Origin: an uncultured Clostridia bacterium
GTDB taxonomy: Bacteria; Bacillota; Clostridia; TANB77; CAG-508
Assembly: GCA_944392445.1 (NCBI GenBank)
Contig: CALXWT010000002.1
Span: 9,367-73,366, forward strand
Direction of reading: 5' to 3'
Length of the DNA: 64,000 nucleotides
Below are positions 29,113-39,892 of the stretch, in pieces. The position numbers and the translations under genes were made by a program. The notes below the pieces were generated by a model. The model worked only from the letters and a program-made list of their open reading frames with translations, was not told the DNA's origin and searched no databases. Numbering within the stretch: position 1 is the stretch's first letter; each line of letters starts with the position of its first letter.

Positions 29113-29557
29113 CTAAATTTAATCTCTCCTTTTCTAATTTTTTTCGTTTTTACGTTACTAAAAAACAAATTTATATACAATTAAATAATAAAAAAATCTC
29201 TTTTATTTATAATTACATTTTATCCATATTTCTTATATGTATTCAAACTTTCTAAATCAACATATAAAAACAAAAGTAATTTATATAATATTATAAATTA
29301 CTTTTTAAAAATATTTCGCACAAAAACATTATAAAATCGTTTTACTTATAATTCTATTTTTCCACTATCTCATAAAATATGCCTATTATATTTTCCGGAC
29401 CATAAGCATATTTCTATATTATCTATAATTTTATAATCTCTATTCTAATAATTTACAATATTATATTTTTTAAACTATATATAAATCTCTTCTTTACCGT
29501 ATTTTGGTAACAACTGTAAACTATTATACTATGTTTTATTATGTTTGTCAAATCTGG

Positions 29558-30443
29558 CTACAAAATTGCGCCAATCATACCAGCATCATTCTTTAGCTCT
29601 GCTAGTACTATTTTAGGTACATCATCTTTGTTAAAGGTATATTTTCTTTTTTGCATTTCGGTTACAAGTTTTTCGTAGAATAAGTCTTTAAAATATACAA
29701 AGCTACCTCCAAAGCTAATTGCTTCTGGCTCAAAAATATCAATTACATTTGATAGTCCTATTATGAGGTTATCTATATATTCATCTATTAAATTTTTAAT
29801 TTCATAGCTATCTTTATTTCTCTTTATTTCTTCTAGTAGCTCTTCTGATGTTATATTATCTATGTTTAATATTTTTTTTGCCTTTTCTTTAAATCTTTTC
29901 ATCGCACAATAAGTCTCGAAGCATCCTTTTTTTCCGACAATTACATTGTTCTCCATTTCTCTCTATTACAAGATGTCCTAATTCAAAGCCTATATGTTTA
30001 TTTGCTTTTAAAATTTCACCATTTAAAAATACTGCTGAGCCAATTCCTGTACCTAAACAAAGAAATACAGCATCTTTATATGTTTTTAAAGAACCATATT
30101 TAAATTCTGCTAGTCCCGCTGATTTTGAATCATTTTTTAATTTTATTGGTATATTATGCTTTTGAAAAATGCCTTTAAAATCCAATTTTTCAATTCCAAG
30201 ATTAACTATGTTTGAAATACTTAAGTCATTAACTTTTGGGTTTCCTGGACTTGCTATTCCTATTAGTTCTATATTGTATTTTTCTTTAAACTTGCATATA
30301 TAAGAATCTATTATATCTAAAATCTCGGATGATATATTTTCGTTCTTTTCTATATCCACTTCAAACTTTTCTACGATTTTATCTTTATCATTTATTAAAG
30401 CAATTCCAATATGGCTTCCTCCTAAATCTATGCCTATTTTCAT
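29558..30443 (-). pseudogene. glcK: ROK-family glucokinase, split by a frameshift in a 7-nt homopolymer (plus-strand T7 at 29927-29933)
   Basis: The N-terminal ORF ends ...ELGHLVIERNGEQCNC then RKKRMLRDLLCDEKI-stop. The C-terminal ORF resumes ...GKKGCFETYCAM... One fewer A restores the ROK CxCGxxGC(F/L)E motif. Confidence 0.7.
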
Positions 30444-30550
30444 TTTTCATCATCCCTTTCTACAAAAAGATTTTAATAAATTTATGAAAATTATATCATA
30501 TTAGTAGTTATTTGAATAGCTTTTTGATTTTATTTAAAACTATTTTTTTA

Positions 30551-30608
30551 CTAGTTAATATGTATATTTAGAAAATTTTTGCAGTGACTCGTAAGCAACC
30601 AAAAAAGC
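30551..30608. repeat. Partial MITE-like copy (left terminus plus start of the GC-rich core)
   Basis: ctagttaatatgtatatttagaaaatttttgcagtgactcgtaagcaacca matches the copy-1 left half with a few substitutions. Confidence 0.4.
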
Positions 30609-30672
30609 AATACAAATTTTTTTAAATTCATATTGCTTTTTTTATTTATAAAAATTTTATTAAAAAATATAC

Positions 30673-32029
30673 CTAAATTGGCAAATCCACCGCATCAAAT
30701 ATCCAAGTACCCATATATAATTGTATACAAGGAACAATTATAACAATTACTAAGAATATTAAGAATACACCAACTATTGAGTAAACAATTTGTGGTAATA
30801 CTGCCATAACTTTTTGCATTAAGTTGTTAATATCTATTTCCATATATTCAACTAACTTTCTCATCATTTCTGGTAAGTCTGTTTGCATACCTATTTTTAA
30901 CATCTCTGTTTGCATTGATGAGCAAAGTCCTGAATTTTCAAATGGTTCTATCCACGATGCACCAATTAATATATTGTTTATTGCTGTTTCTATAATTGAA
31001 AGCATAACATAATTTTTGGCTACTGCTTTACTTACCTCCAATGAATCTTGAATTCTCATACCATTTTCTAAGTTTAAAAGCATTGCTCTCATAAATCTTG
31101 AGAAATCCATAGCAAATATTAATTTACCAAATACTGGCATTTTATATTTAAAATAGTGGAAATTATATTTTCCTCTCGGAGTATTTATATAGAATATTAT
31201 TACTCCTACAATTGCTGCTATAACTATTACTGGTATATACCATATCTGCATTAATTTATTACAGAAGTCCACAAACCACAAAGTTATTTCTGGAAGAGTT
31301 TGAGTCGTTCCTGTTTCAGCAAAAGCATCTTGTATTAACGGTATAATATATGCAACACCAAATATTATCAAAGCTATAATTGCTAGTAGTTGCAATACAT
31401 TTGGTATTATTATTTTTCTTAATCTACTCCCCGTAGAATCAACATCCTCTAAGTATTTTACTGCTTGTTCTAATGATTGTGTTAAGTTACCAGACATTTC
31501 TCCTACTTTAATCATGTTTATATATATATATGGAAATATATTAGAATAATATTCCATAGTCGTATACATATAATCTCCGCCCCTCAACTCCAGCTAAAAT
31601 ATCTTGTAAAACTCCTTTTAGAGTTAAATTATCTGTACTATCTATAATAGTGCTTAAGGCATGTATATTATTAAAACTTGCTCTTTTTAAAAGATAGAAA
31701 TTTTGAGTAAAAATTATAATATCTCTCGTTGTTATTTTTTCTTCTCTTGATAGCGCTAAATTTACTCTTTCTTTTAGCGAAGGTTTTGCAGTAGTTCTTC
31801 CGTTCATTATATTAGCGGAATTTGCTTGTTTCATAATGTCATCAATATCCATTATATTCTTTCTGTTTGCTTTAGTCTTTTTACTTCTATATCCTACTTG
31901 CACTATGCTTATTGGTAGTAAATTACTATTTTTTAGCTTCTTTATAAGAGATTTTTTACTTACGTCCTCTACTCTATTTCGTACAATTTGTCCCTTTGAA
32001 GTTACTGCTTTATAAATATATTCTGGCAT
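30673..32029 (-). pseudogene. pilC: Type IV pilus platform protein PilC (GspF family), frameshifted in a G4/C4 run at 31580-31583
   Basis: The N-terminal ORF ends ...ILAGVEG then RRLYVYDYGILF-stop. The second ORF resumes ...GGDYMYTTMEYYSNIFPYIYINMIKVGEMSGNL..., a GspF motif. One fewer G joins the two parts. Confidence 0.75.
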
Positions 32030-32052
32030 CTTTCTCTCCTTTCTACATTTTT

Positions 32053-33183
32053 TTATACACTATAACTATTGTCTGTTTGATTACTTCTTTCCCTTTTTAT
32101 TTTTAATTGCATTATAGTTCTGTTTAAAGTTTCTAAATTTTTCTCTTCTATTTGTGCCTTAGCTTGGTCTAAAGTTATTATATCATCTACAAAAAGTTCT
32201 GACAATGAATTTATTAATCCGATACTTCCTTTTTCTAGATTACTTTGTATTGCATCTTCTATTTCTGATACGCTTATTTTTTCTTTTCTTATTATACCAG
32301 ACACCACGTTATCAACTACCATTACTTCTGGAACTAATACAAGTTCCCCGTTTTTTCCTGGTAATAGTCTTTGAGAAATAACTAGCTTTAATAATGAAGC
32401 TATTAAGAATTTAACTGTTTGTTGGTCTCTTATTTCGTAGAAGTTTACCATTCTGTCGATAGTTTCAGCACAAGTTTTTGTGTGAAGTGTAGCAATAACT
32501 AGGTGTCCTGCTTCTGCTGTCTCTATAGCTGCTTCCATGGTTTCTCTATCTCTAATCTCTCCTATTACTAGTATATCGCAGTCCTCTCTTAAGCAGTTTT
32601 TTACACCATCACTATAACACAAACAGTCTCTACCTGCTCCAACTTCTTTTTGTACTATAATAGATTTTTTACTTGTATGCTTATACTCTACTGGGCTTTC
32701 TAGTGTAAGTATTTTTTTGTTTTGATGTTCATTTATTTCATTAATTAGAGCATTTAATGTTGTTGTTTTACCAGAGTTAGTTTTACCAGTAACCAGTATT
32801 AACCCTTGTGGCTGATATGTCATTCTTCTTACTATATCTGGTACCCCCAAGTCCTCATACTTTGGTAATTCGTTTTTTATAAGTCTTAGCGTAAATAGTG
32901 GTATCTCATCAGATAAAGAAATATTTACCCTTAGACGTATATCTTCAAAAACAAACGAAGTATCTAACTTTTTAGTTTCCTTAAATACCCTGTCTTTATC
33001 AATATTTCCTCTTACTAAATAGTCATATATGTCGTACATATCCTCCTCTACAAGTGGTGATGGACAATCATATTCAACTAATGTTCTTCTTATTCTTAGC
33101 ATTGGTTTCAAATTACATATAAGATGTATATCCGAAGCATCCTTTTCCATTGCTGTTTTTATAATTTTATCAATATCTATCAT
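32053..33183 (-). CDS. pilT: Type IV pilus retraction ATPase PilT
   Basis: 376 aa. Walker A GKTNSGKTTT and Asp/His boxes are present. Size and motifs fit PilT rather than PilB. Confidence 0.85.
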   Translation of the reverse strand: MIDIDKIIKTAMEKDASDIHLICNLKPMLRIRRTLVEYDCPSPLVEEDMYDIYDYLVRGNIDKDRVFKETKKLDTSFVFEDIRLRVNISLSDEIPLFTLRLIKNELPKYEDLGVPDIVRRMTYQPQGLILVTGKTNSGKTTTLNALINEINEHQNKKILTLESPVEYKHTSKKSIIVQKEVGAGRDCLCYSDGVKNCLREDCDILVIGEIRDRETMEAAIETAEAGHLVIATLHTKTCAETIDRMVNFYEIRDQQTVKFLIASLLKLVISQRLLPGKNGELVLVPEVMVVDNVVSGIIRKEKISVSEIEDAIQSNLEKGSIGLINSLSELFVDDIITLDQAKAQIEEKNLETLNRTIMQLKIKRERSNQTDNSYSV

Positions 33184-33201
33184 TGGTTACCTCCCCAATT
33201 A

Positions 33202-34827
33202 TTAATATAGTGCTAATTTATTATTTAGCTCACTCATATTTGTTGTCCCATTTATTACCTTTTTTATTCCATCTATAATTAATGGAAGATATCCTTGCTC
33301 GAGTGCAACTTTTCTAATGTCAAATGCAGATTCATCTTCAACTATTAGATTTCTCAAAGTATCATTTATCAATAGGATTTCAAACATACCAACTCTTCCG
33401 TAATATCCAGTATTATTACAATTCTTACATCCTACAGCATCGAATGTTTTCTTACCGTTTAAGTCAAATTTAACATTATATTTATCTCCTATTTTCTTTA
33501 TAAATTCTTTTTCTTGTTCATTAAAATCTCTTTCTTTTGCACAATGTGGACATAATTTTCTTACCAATCTTTGTGATACTGAAGTTGCAAGGGTACTAGA
33601 AATATCATAATTAGATACTCCCATTTTTCTAAGCCTTGTAATAACTTCTATTGCATCAATGGTGTGTATTGTTGATAAAACATAGTGACCTGTTTGTCCA
33701 GCTTGCATTGCAATTTCTGCAGTTTCCTGATCTCTTATTTCTCCAACAAGTATAATATCTGGGTCTTGTCTTAAAACTGTTCTTAATGAATCGGCAAATG
33801 TAATTTTTGGGTCAACCTCTATTTGGTTTAATCCGTTAATTCTTATTTCAACTGGATCTTCAATAGTGGTTATATTTATTTCCGGTCTATTCAAATAATC
33901 TATAATACTATATAAGGTAGTAGTTTTACCTTCTCCCGTTGGTGCTGCTATAACAGTTATACTATTTTTCTTGTTAAAAGCTTCTTTTACTAATTTATCA
34001 TCTTTTGGAAAACCTAAATCGAATATTGACCTTATATCCTCATTTTTCTTTAATAGCCTTAAAACAAATTTCTCTCCATATATATTCTTTTGAGAAGATA
34101 CACGAATGTTATAATCAGGATACATTATAATTCTACCATCCTGTGATTCTTGCTTTTCTTGATGCATATTTGATATTGCTTTTAGTCTACCAATTATTTG
34201 AGCTTGTTTTTCTTTTCCTATGTTAGCTTCATTTATTAAAACACCATCTATTCTATATCTAACTCTCATTCCATCTTGCATTGGTTCAATGTGAATATCA
34301 CTTGCTCTTTTTTCCATAGCTGTTTTTATAATACTATCTACAAATCCTGATGCATCTGTATTTAAATCAATTGTATCTGATGTAGATGAAAACGAGTTTA
34401 GTATTAAATCAATGTTTGTTTCAAAAGTAATATATTTTTCCATTACAAGACCTTTATTTAAAAGCAAAAGTCTAATTGTCTCAACAGCTCTTCTATTAGA
34501 AGTATCTGCAAAACATACTTTAATTTTTCCTCCTATTTCTTCAAAGGGTACTGCCTTATATTGTCTTGCTATATCTATTGATAAATAGTCTGCCAAATTT
34601 ACTTTTATATCTGCCTCTCTTAAATATATAGCTTTTTCTTCTAGAATTTCTCCCATCGCATCTATTAATACATAAGGGTCGCATAGTCTTAATATATTTA
34701 GAATATCACCTATTTTTTTATTAGGTTCTGCTTTTTGATAGTCTAATGCTCTTTCGATATCCTCTTCAGTTACAATTCCTCTTTTTACTAGCTCTATTCC
34801 TAATGGTTGTCTTTTTTTTGAATCCAT
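33202..34827 (-). CDS. pilB: Type IV pilus assembly ATPase PilB (GspE family) with N-terminal GSPII domain and tetracysteine motif
   Basis: 541 aa. Walker A APTGEGKTTT and CPHC...CKNC zinc motif are present. Confidence 0.9.
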   Translation of the reverse strand: MDSKKRQPLGIELVKRGIVTEEDIERALDYQKAEPNKKIGDILNILRLCDPYVLIDAMGEILEEKAIYLREADIKVNLADYLSIDIARQYKAVPFEEIGGKIKVCFADTSNRRAVETIRLLLLNKGLVMEKYITFETNIDLILNSFSSTSDTIDLNTDASGFVDSIIKTAMEKRASDIHIEPMQDGMRVRYRIDGVLINEANIGKEKQAQIIGRLKAISNMHQEKQESQDGRIIMYPDYNIRVSSQKNIYGEKFVLRLLKKNEDIRSIFDLGFPKDDKLVKEAFNKKNSITVIAAPTGEGKTTTLYSIIDYLNRPEINITTIEDPVEIRINGLNQIEVDPKITFADSLRTVLRQDPDIILVGEIRDQETAEIAMQAGQTGHYVLSTIHTIDAIEVITRLRKMGVSNYDISSTLATSVSQRLVRKLCPHCAKERDFNEQEKEFIKKIGDKYNVKFDLNGKKTFDAVGCKNCNNTGYYGRVGMFEILLINDTLRNLIVEDESAFDIRKVALEQGYLPLIIDGIKKVINGTTNMSELNNKLALY

Positions 34828-34887
34828 AAATCTTCTCCTTTCATTTGTTTTATATATTATATATTATCTACATTTTATAAAAATTTA

Positions 34888-35334
34888 TTACCAATATTTT
34901 AGGGTAAAATCAATGTCTTGTGTCAAAGATTCTTCTTCATCTTCACCAATTTTTAGATTTACAGTAATTATATTTTTTGAAAATGAATTAACAGTGTATG
35001 GCCACATTGTAAAATTACAATCCATTACATATTCTGCAATTATTAAATCATCTCTATATATTACTCCATCTTGATATTTATAAGTTGGACCATTTTCAAA
35101 TTCTATAGTATCACTAGTAACAGTTGCTGAACTATAATCTTTTACATCTGTAACAAAAAACATATTAAACTTATTAAATTCTGCAAGGTACTTAGGTGTA
35201 TGTAATACTCCACCTATATTTGTATAAAAATAAGTACTTATTGTAGTCATAATTGCTATAACTATAGTAAGAGCTATAACATACAATACAAGAGAAACTA
35301 AAGTAACACCTTTTTGATTAGTTTTCATTTGCAT
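34888..35334 (-). CDS. Minor pilin-like protein (class III signal MQMKTNQKG^VTLVS..., no Glu at +5)
   Basis: Prepilin-type leader with Gly then hydrophobic helix. 148 aa. Confidence 0.5.
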   Translation of the reverse strand: MQMKTNQKGVTLVSLVLYVIALTIVIAIMTTISTYFYTNIGGVLHTPKYLAEFNKFNMFFVTDVKDYSSATVTSDTIEFENGPTYKYQDGVIYRDDLIIAEYVMDCNFTMWPYTVNSFSKNIITVNLKIGEDEEESLTQDIDFTLKYW

Positions 35335-35378
35335 TATTCTTCAGCACTCCTTTCTTTTTTGTTCTCACTACTTTTTTA

Positions 35379-35810
35379 TTAGTCACTCTCTGTTTCTTTA
35401 ATTTTTAGTTTTTGCACTTCATATTCATTTGTCTCTCCTTGTAGTGTATATGCAATTCTTAAATTTACTATTTTTATTAAATCTTCCTCGCCATCTTCAT
35501 AATCGTTAAACTCCAAACTTATGTCAAACCCTTCTGGTATAGAGAATAGTCCTCTATAATACTCACCGGTTTTAGTTTGAGCTTCCTCATAAGAAACCTT
35601 ATCAATATCTTCTAAAATTTCTACTGCATAAATTGCCATTCTTGCTGTTAATCTCGTTTCCATGTTTGTTTTATATACATAAGTCATTAATGCTGATATT
35701 GTACCAACAAATATTGTAATCATTATGCAAGCTCCAATTATATCTTGCATCGTAAAGCCTTTTTCAGATTTAAGTTTAATTTTTATATTTTCAACAATTT
35801 TTTTCATCAT
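35379..35810 (-). CDS. Minor pilin-like protein (leader ...KSEKG^FTMQD, Asp at +5)
   Basis: Prepilin-type N-terminus. 143 aa. Confidence 0.5.
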   Translation of the reverse strand: MMKKIVENIKIKLKSEKGFTMQDIIGACIMITIFVGTISALMTYVYKTNMETRLTARMAIYAVEILEDIDKVSYEEAQTKTGEYYRGLFSIPEGFDISLEFNDYEDGEEDLIKIVNLRIAYTLQGETNEYEVQKLKIKETESD

Positions 35811-35821
35811 ATCACCTAAAA

Positions 35822-36637
35822 TTATCTATAAAATACTATAAAATTTGTTGCAAGTAGAACAATTATGTTAGAAACACACATATAAAAGCCAATAGGAACT
35901 TTTGGATTTTCTATTTTTACCTTTTTTACTACTTTACTCTGTTTCTTTTGTAATTTGCATATTAACAATTGAATTGATATAGCAAGTAAAGTAATTATAA
36001 CTGTATAAATATATACTGTTTCATAAGTAAATAAAACCATAAGCATAGACAATATTAAAGTATCTATAGTATAGCTATCTTTTCCTTTATTTCGCAGATA
36101 AGCAATACTAAATAGAAGTAATAAGCAAGCTAATATTAAATAAATAACATATCTATAAATATTAGTATTATTTTCTACTATATATAGATATATCATATAT
36201 AGTGTAACACAAATAAAGCCAAATAATAGAACTGGCTTTTCTATTTCTATTCTTTCTTTATCTATTCCTGCTATAATAAACAATGTTGCTATATATAAAG
36301 CTCCAACTACTAAATAAATTATTGTTTGGGCATTAAGTGTAAATAAGCTTAACTTAATAGAAAGAGCAAAAAACACAAAGACTAATCCAGATAATATTTC
36401 TAATAATAAATATCTTATTCTAATTTTTTTTCCACAATACCTACACTTTCCACCTAAAAAAGTATAGCTTAATATTGGTATCATATCTAGAAATGTTAAT
36501 TTATGCTTACAATTTGGACAATATGAACGAGTGTGTGTTATATCTTGTCCTAACGGAATTCTATAAACTGCTAATGTAAAAAAGCTACCAAATAATGCTC
36601 CTATACAAAATATAAGTAAATACAATATATAGTCCAT
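35822..36637 (-). CDS. pilD: Prepilin peptidase PilD (A24 family)
   Basis: N-terminal CPNC...CRYC zinc motif is present. The transmembrane core has ...IAGIDKER... The C-terminal second Asp motif is divergent. Confidence 0.7.
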   Translation of the reverse strand: MDYILYLLIFCIGALFGSFFTLAVYRIPLGQDITHTRSYCPNCKHKLTFLDMIPILSYTFLGGKCRYCGKKIRIRYLLLEILSGLVFVFFALSIKLSLFTLNAQTIIYLVVGALYIATLFIIAGIDKERIEIEKPVLLFGFICVTLYMIYLYIVENNTNIYRYVIYLILACLLLLFSIAYLRNKGKDSYTIDTLILSMLMVLFTYETVYIYTVIITLLAISIQLLICKLQKKQSKVVKKVKIENPKVPIGFYMCVSNIIVLLATNFIVFYR

Positions 36638-36794
36638 ACGCCCTCCTTATTTTAAAATAGAGATTATACTTAAAATATAATTATATATTTTAAATTATAT
36701 TTGAATAGTATAATCTCTTTTATTTTAGTTTAAAGAAATTTTAAACCGTTTAAAATCTTTTAAAAATTTTTAATTAGCTATTTTATGTGATTAC

Positions 36795-37019
36795 TCAGTT
36801 TAATGCATTTTCAGATAATTGTTGCAATAAATTATCTATATTTGTAAGATGATCAGATTCTTCTTTTGATGCATTTGAGTATAACTCTGAACCTTGTTGT
36901 GCTCTTCCAAATAAGTTACCACCTATAGCAAAGTTGATTGATACTGTTGCTAATATAATTAAAACAACTATTGTTATAACTAATGCAACTAAAGTAATAC
37001 CTTTTTGATTCTTAAACAT
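36795..37019 (-). CDS. Very short pilin-like protein (74 aa; leader MFKNQKG^ITLVALV, Ala at +5) with strong RBS AGGAGGAG
   Basis: Class III signal-peptide architecture with the strongest RBS in the cluster. It lacks the conserved Glu5. Confidence 0.5.
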   Translation of the reverse strand: MFKNQKGITLVALVITIVVLIILATVSINFAIGGNLFGRAQQGSELYSNASKEESDHLTNIDNLLQQLSENALN

Positions 37020-37101
37020 AAAAAACTCCTCCTTTAAATTTTTTTGTGTATATCTATATAAAATAAATATAACCTAAGTTACTTATGAATTAAATATTTT
37101 A

Positions 37102-37542
37102 CTATTTAATTCCTTCTTCATTAAAAAATGTGCCTGTTGAATTTTCATCTACTGTTCCTGAACCACTATTATTGCTGTTGTTATTTGTATTGGTGTTTTG
37201 ACCACCATTTCCATCATTTGTGTTTGTATTATTTTCATCTGTTGTACTCTCTAAAGAGAATGGATTTGCTTTACCTTCTGTATAGCTTCCAGTTTGTTTA
37301 TATATATTTAAGTCTGCATCTGTAACTTCATAAGTTACCTCTACCTTTTCTGTTTCTGTTATGTCTTCATTTATTTCATTCTTAACTTCGTCAGGCGTAG
37401 TATATGCTTCTCTTTCTGGTACAACTTTATTTATAGGAATATAGTCATAAAACAGTATTCCTAAAATTAGTAATATAGCTATACTTAAAAGTAATATTAT
37501 AAAAATTTCTTTTATTACTGATTTTAGCATATTTACCTCCAT
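37102..37542 (-). CDS. Membrane-anchored protein with Asn/Thr-rich C-terminus (pilus-cluster protein of unknown role)
   Basis: 146 aa. N-terminal transmembrane segment, then low-complexity NTNTNDGNGGQNTNTNNNSNNSGSG. Confidence 0.45.
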   Translation of the reverse strand: MEVNMLKSVIKEIFIILLLSIAILLILGILFYDYIPINKVVPEREAYTTPDEVKNEINEDITETEKVEVTYEVTDADLNIYKQTGSYTEGKANPFSLESTTDENNTNTNDGNGGQNTNTNNNSNNSGSGTVDENSTGTFFNEEGIK

Positions 37543-37547
37543 TTCTT

Positions 37548-38276
37548 TTATTGTGCAACTACGTTTGTATTAGTATTATCTGTACTATTAGTATTATCTG
37601 TACTATTAGTATTGTCTGTACTATCTGCAGTGTCGTTAGTACCATCAGTTGTATTTTCATCTTCAGTTGTTCCACCAACAGTTGCTGTTGTATCTTCTAT
37701 ATTGATTCTAATTCCTTCTACAGTAAATGTTGCTTGTAAGTTATCTTCAGTACTAGGTGTTAAATGAAAATCATCTATTCTAAAATTAAGTTCACTATCT
37801 TCTTCTAATGCTGATACGAAGTCCATAATTGCTAGATATTGTCCTACTACTGTAAAGTCTAAATTCTTTGTAACTGAATCTCCAGCATCTCCAGTTAGAA
37901 CCTCCATTCTCATATTTACGCCTTCAGTTCTTGCATGTCTTCCAACTCTTACCCACAAATATTCAATGTTATATGTTTCTTGTGTACTTGCGGCAGTTAT
38001 TTCACTTTCGGTACTTACATTTGCCAAGTTATAATAGCTTGTTTTATTTGCTAATAATACCTCTATGTTTTCTTTTAATTCTGATTCTTTTGATTGTAAA
38101 TCACTTTTAATCTTTCTATTGGTCTCTTCTATTTCTGTTGTTAAATTATCATTTAGTTCAAAAATTCCTCCTACACTTAAAACATTAAGTGAACCTATTG
38201 ATAACCCTTGGGCGATGGTGAAATATGCCAGTACAATTAATAAGACTAATAAAATTGTAATTAATAATTTTCTCAT
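37548..38276 (-). CDS. pilO: PilO-like type IV pilus assembly protein with C-terminal (S/T)DNTN repeats
   Basis: N-terminal transmembrane segment then coiled coil, typical of PilO. The C-terminus is ...DTADSTDNTNSTDNTNSTDNTNTN. Confidence 0.55.
   Translation of the reverse strand: MRKLLITILLVLLIVLAYFTIAQGLSIGSLNVLSVGGIFELNDNLTTEIEETNRKIKSDLQSKESELKENIEVLLANKTSYYNLANVSTESEITAASTQETYNIEYLWVRVGRHARTEGVNMRMEVLTGDAGDSVTKNLDFTVVGQYLAIMDFVSALEEDSELNFRIDDFHLTPSTEDNLQATFTVEGIRINIEDTTATVGGTTEDENTTDGTNDTADSTDNTNSTDNTNSTDNTNTNVVAQ
37568..37630. repeat. 18-bp tandem repeat x3 (agtattatctgtactatt) encoding the STDNTN repeats
   Basis: Read directly from the sequence. Confidence 0.7.
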
Positions 38277-39892
38277 GGCAAATCCCCCTCTATAACTATT
38301 TTAACAAAGTCGCCTTGTTTTTCACCTTGTGTTGATACAACATTATCTAATATTCCATCTTCACTTAGTCTAGCTTTAAAATATCCAAGTTCATCATAGT
38401 ATTGTGATTGAGCATAAATTATAATGTGTCTATTATTATTGCTTGAAGTATTTTCTATTTCTGTTATTTGTACTGCTTGTGGTATACTAGAGGCAATTTG
38501 CATTAATAATGTTGGAATTGTTCCCTTTAAGCTTAAGTTGTCCTCTATTTGTGTATTAATATTTCTTAAATTATTCTCCATCTCTTGGTATTCGTTTGCT
38601 TTTTGTTTTACTCTATTTATATCGCTTTCCGCCATTGCAATTTGTGTATCTGTATATTGACTTACCGATTCTGTTTCTGCTATTTTTTCGCTTATTCTGT
38701 TATCCAAATATATAGCAAAGCCAGAATACAATATTGTAAGCATTAATACTCCAATAGTTCCTCTAAGTAGCCATCTTTCTGTTGCATCTAATTTACCTTT
38801 TAAGCTAACATCAATATTTAATTTTTTCTTGCTTTCTTTTTTGCCAGACCCTATATCTATTTTTAGCCAGTCTGGTATTTGGTCCGAAAAGCTTGGCTTT
38901 TTAAAGTTCATATTTTTTATTCCATAGCCCAATCCTTGCATTGCAACTGCTATAGCTGAATTTACTTCTATATAATCTTTAATGTTTATTTTTAAACTTT
39001 CTTTAATAAAATATGGCTTTAATATTTCACATTTTTTTCCTTGGAAAAATTCTTGGAAATATAAATCTATATTATTTACAACTGACATTGTTCCAGTTAT
39101 ATATATTTTTGAAAATTTTACTGTAGATGTAGTTACATAATCTTGAAGTTTTGTAACTATTTTGTATAATGTTGGCATTATATATTCTAAATACTCATTT
39201 TCTTCGTCCTGTAATTCTTTTCCCTCCATAGTATATATTGTTGTATTTTTGCAAATTTCATAAGCTTTTGAAAATGAATTTTCTTTTTTAGCAATTTTGT
39301 CTAAAATTTCCTCTGCGCCTTCTTCTAATTTGGTTACATTATATACTTTTTGATTAGTAATGGTTGTAATAGTTGTTTTATTTTCAATATTTACTATTAT
39401 TATATTTTCTTTTGGCTTTATTTCTGCAACATTTGCAATGCTCATACCAATCGGAGTAATCATAGATACTTTATTATCGCCTAATACCTGTAGTGATTTT
39501 GTAATTGATGATTTGTTTGAAGAAACATGAATTGCTTTCACTCTATCTTTGTCTTCAATTTCATTAGAAATAGCAAATCTAGTTTCAAAAGCATTTTTAT
39601 TTAGTTTTCTATCATAGCAATAAGATTCAAATTCAGTATCTACTGCTTTTTTTAAATCATTCTTATTTAATAGACTAAACATGTAAAAATAGTTGTATAT
39701 TTCTTCTGCCAAATTGATACTAATTGGTATATTGTAACTAAATGTTTCTGATACTATTTGTTCTATTGCCTCTCCAATTTTTTCATAAAATTTAACACCG
39801 AAAGCCTCTACTTTTAGATTCTCTCGATCTTTAGTTACTTTTGCATATTTAATTACATTGTTTTCTATAAATAATCCTAAACAGCTTGACAT
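38273..39892 (-). CDS. pilMN: PilM-PilN fusion protein (actin-like PilM domain + transmembrane/coiled-coil PilN domain); start at the ATG after AAGGAG
   Basis: MSSCLGLFIENNVIKYAKV... starts the PilM-like ATPase fold (about 330 aa). Then ...RWLLRGTIGVLMLTILYSGFAIYLDNRISEKIAE... is the transmembrane plus coiled-coil PilN part. Confidence 0.75.
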   Translation of the reverse strand: MSSCLGLFIENNVIKYAKVTKDRENLKVEAFGVKFYEKIGEAIEQIVSETFSYNIPISINLAEEIYNYFYMFSLLNKNDLKKAVDTEFESYCYDRKLNKNAFETRFAISNEIEDKDRVKAIHVSSNKSSITKSLQVLGDNKVSMITPIGMSIANVAEIKPKENIIIVNIENKTTITTITNQKVYNVTKLEEGAEEILDKIAKKENSFSKAYEICKNTTIYTMEGKELQDEENEYLEYIMPTLYKIVTKLQDYVTTSTVKFSKIYITGTMSVVNNIDLYFQEFFQGKKCEILKPYFIKESLKINIKDYIEVNSAIAVAMQGLGYGIKNMNFKKPSFSDQIPDWLKIDIGSGKKESKKKLNIDVSLKGKLDATERWLLRGTIGVLMLTILYSGFAIYLDNRISEKIAETESVSQYTDTQIAMAESDINRVKQKANEYQEMENNLRNINTQIEDNLSLKGTIPTLLMQIASSIPQAVQITEIENTSSNNNRHIIIYAQSQYYDELGYFKARLSEDGILDNVVSTQGEKQGDFVKIVIEGDLP

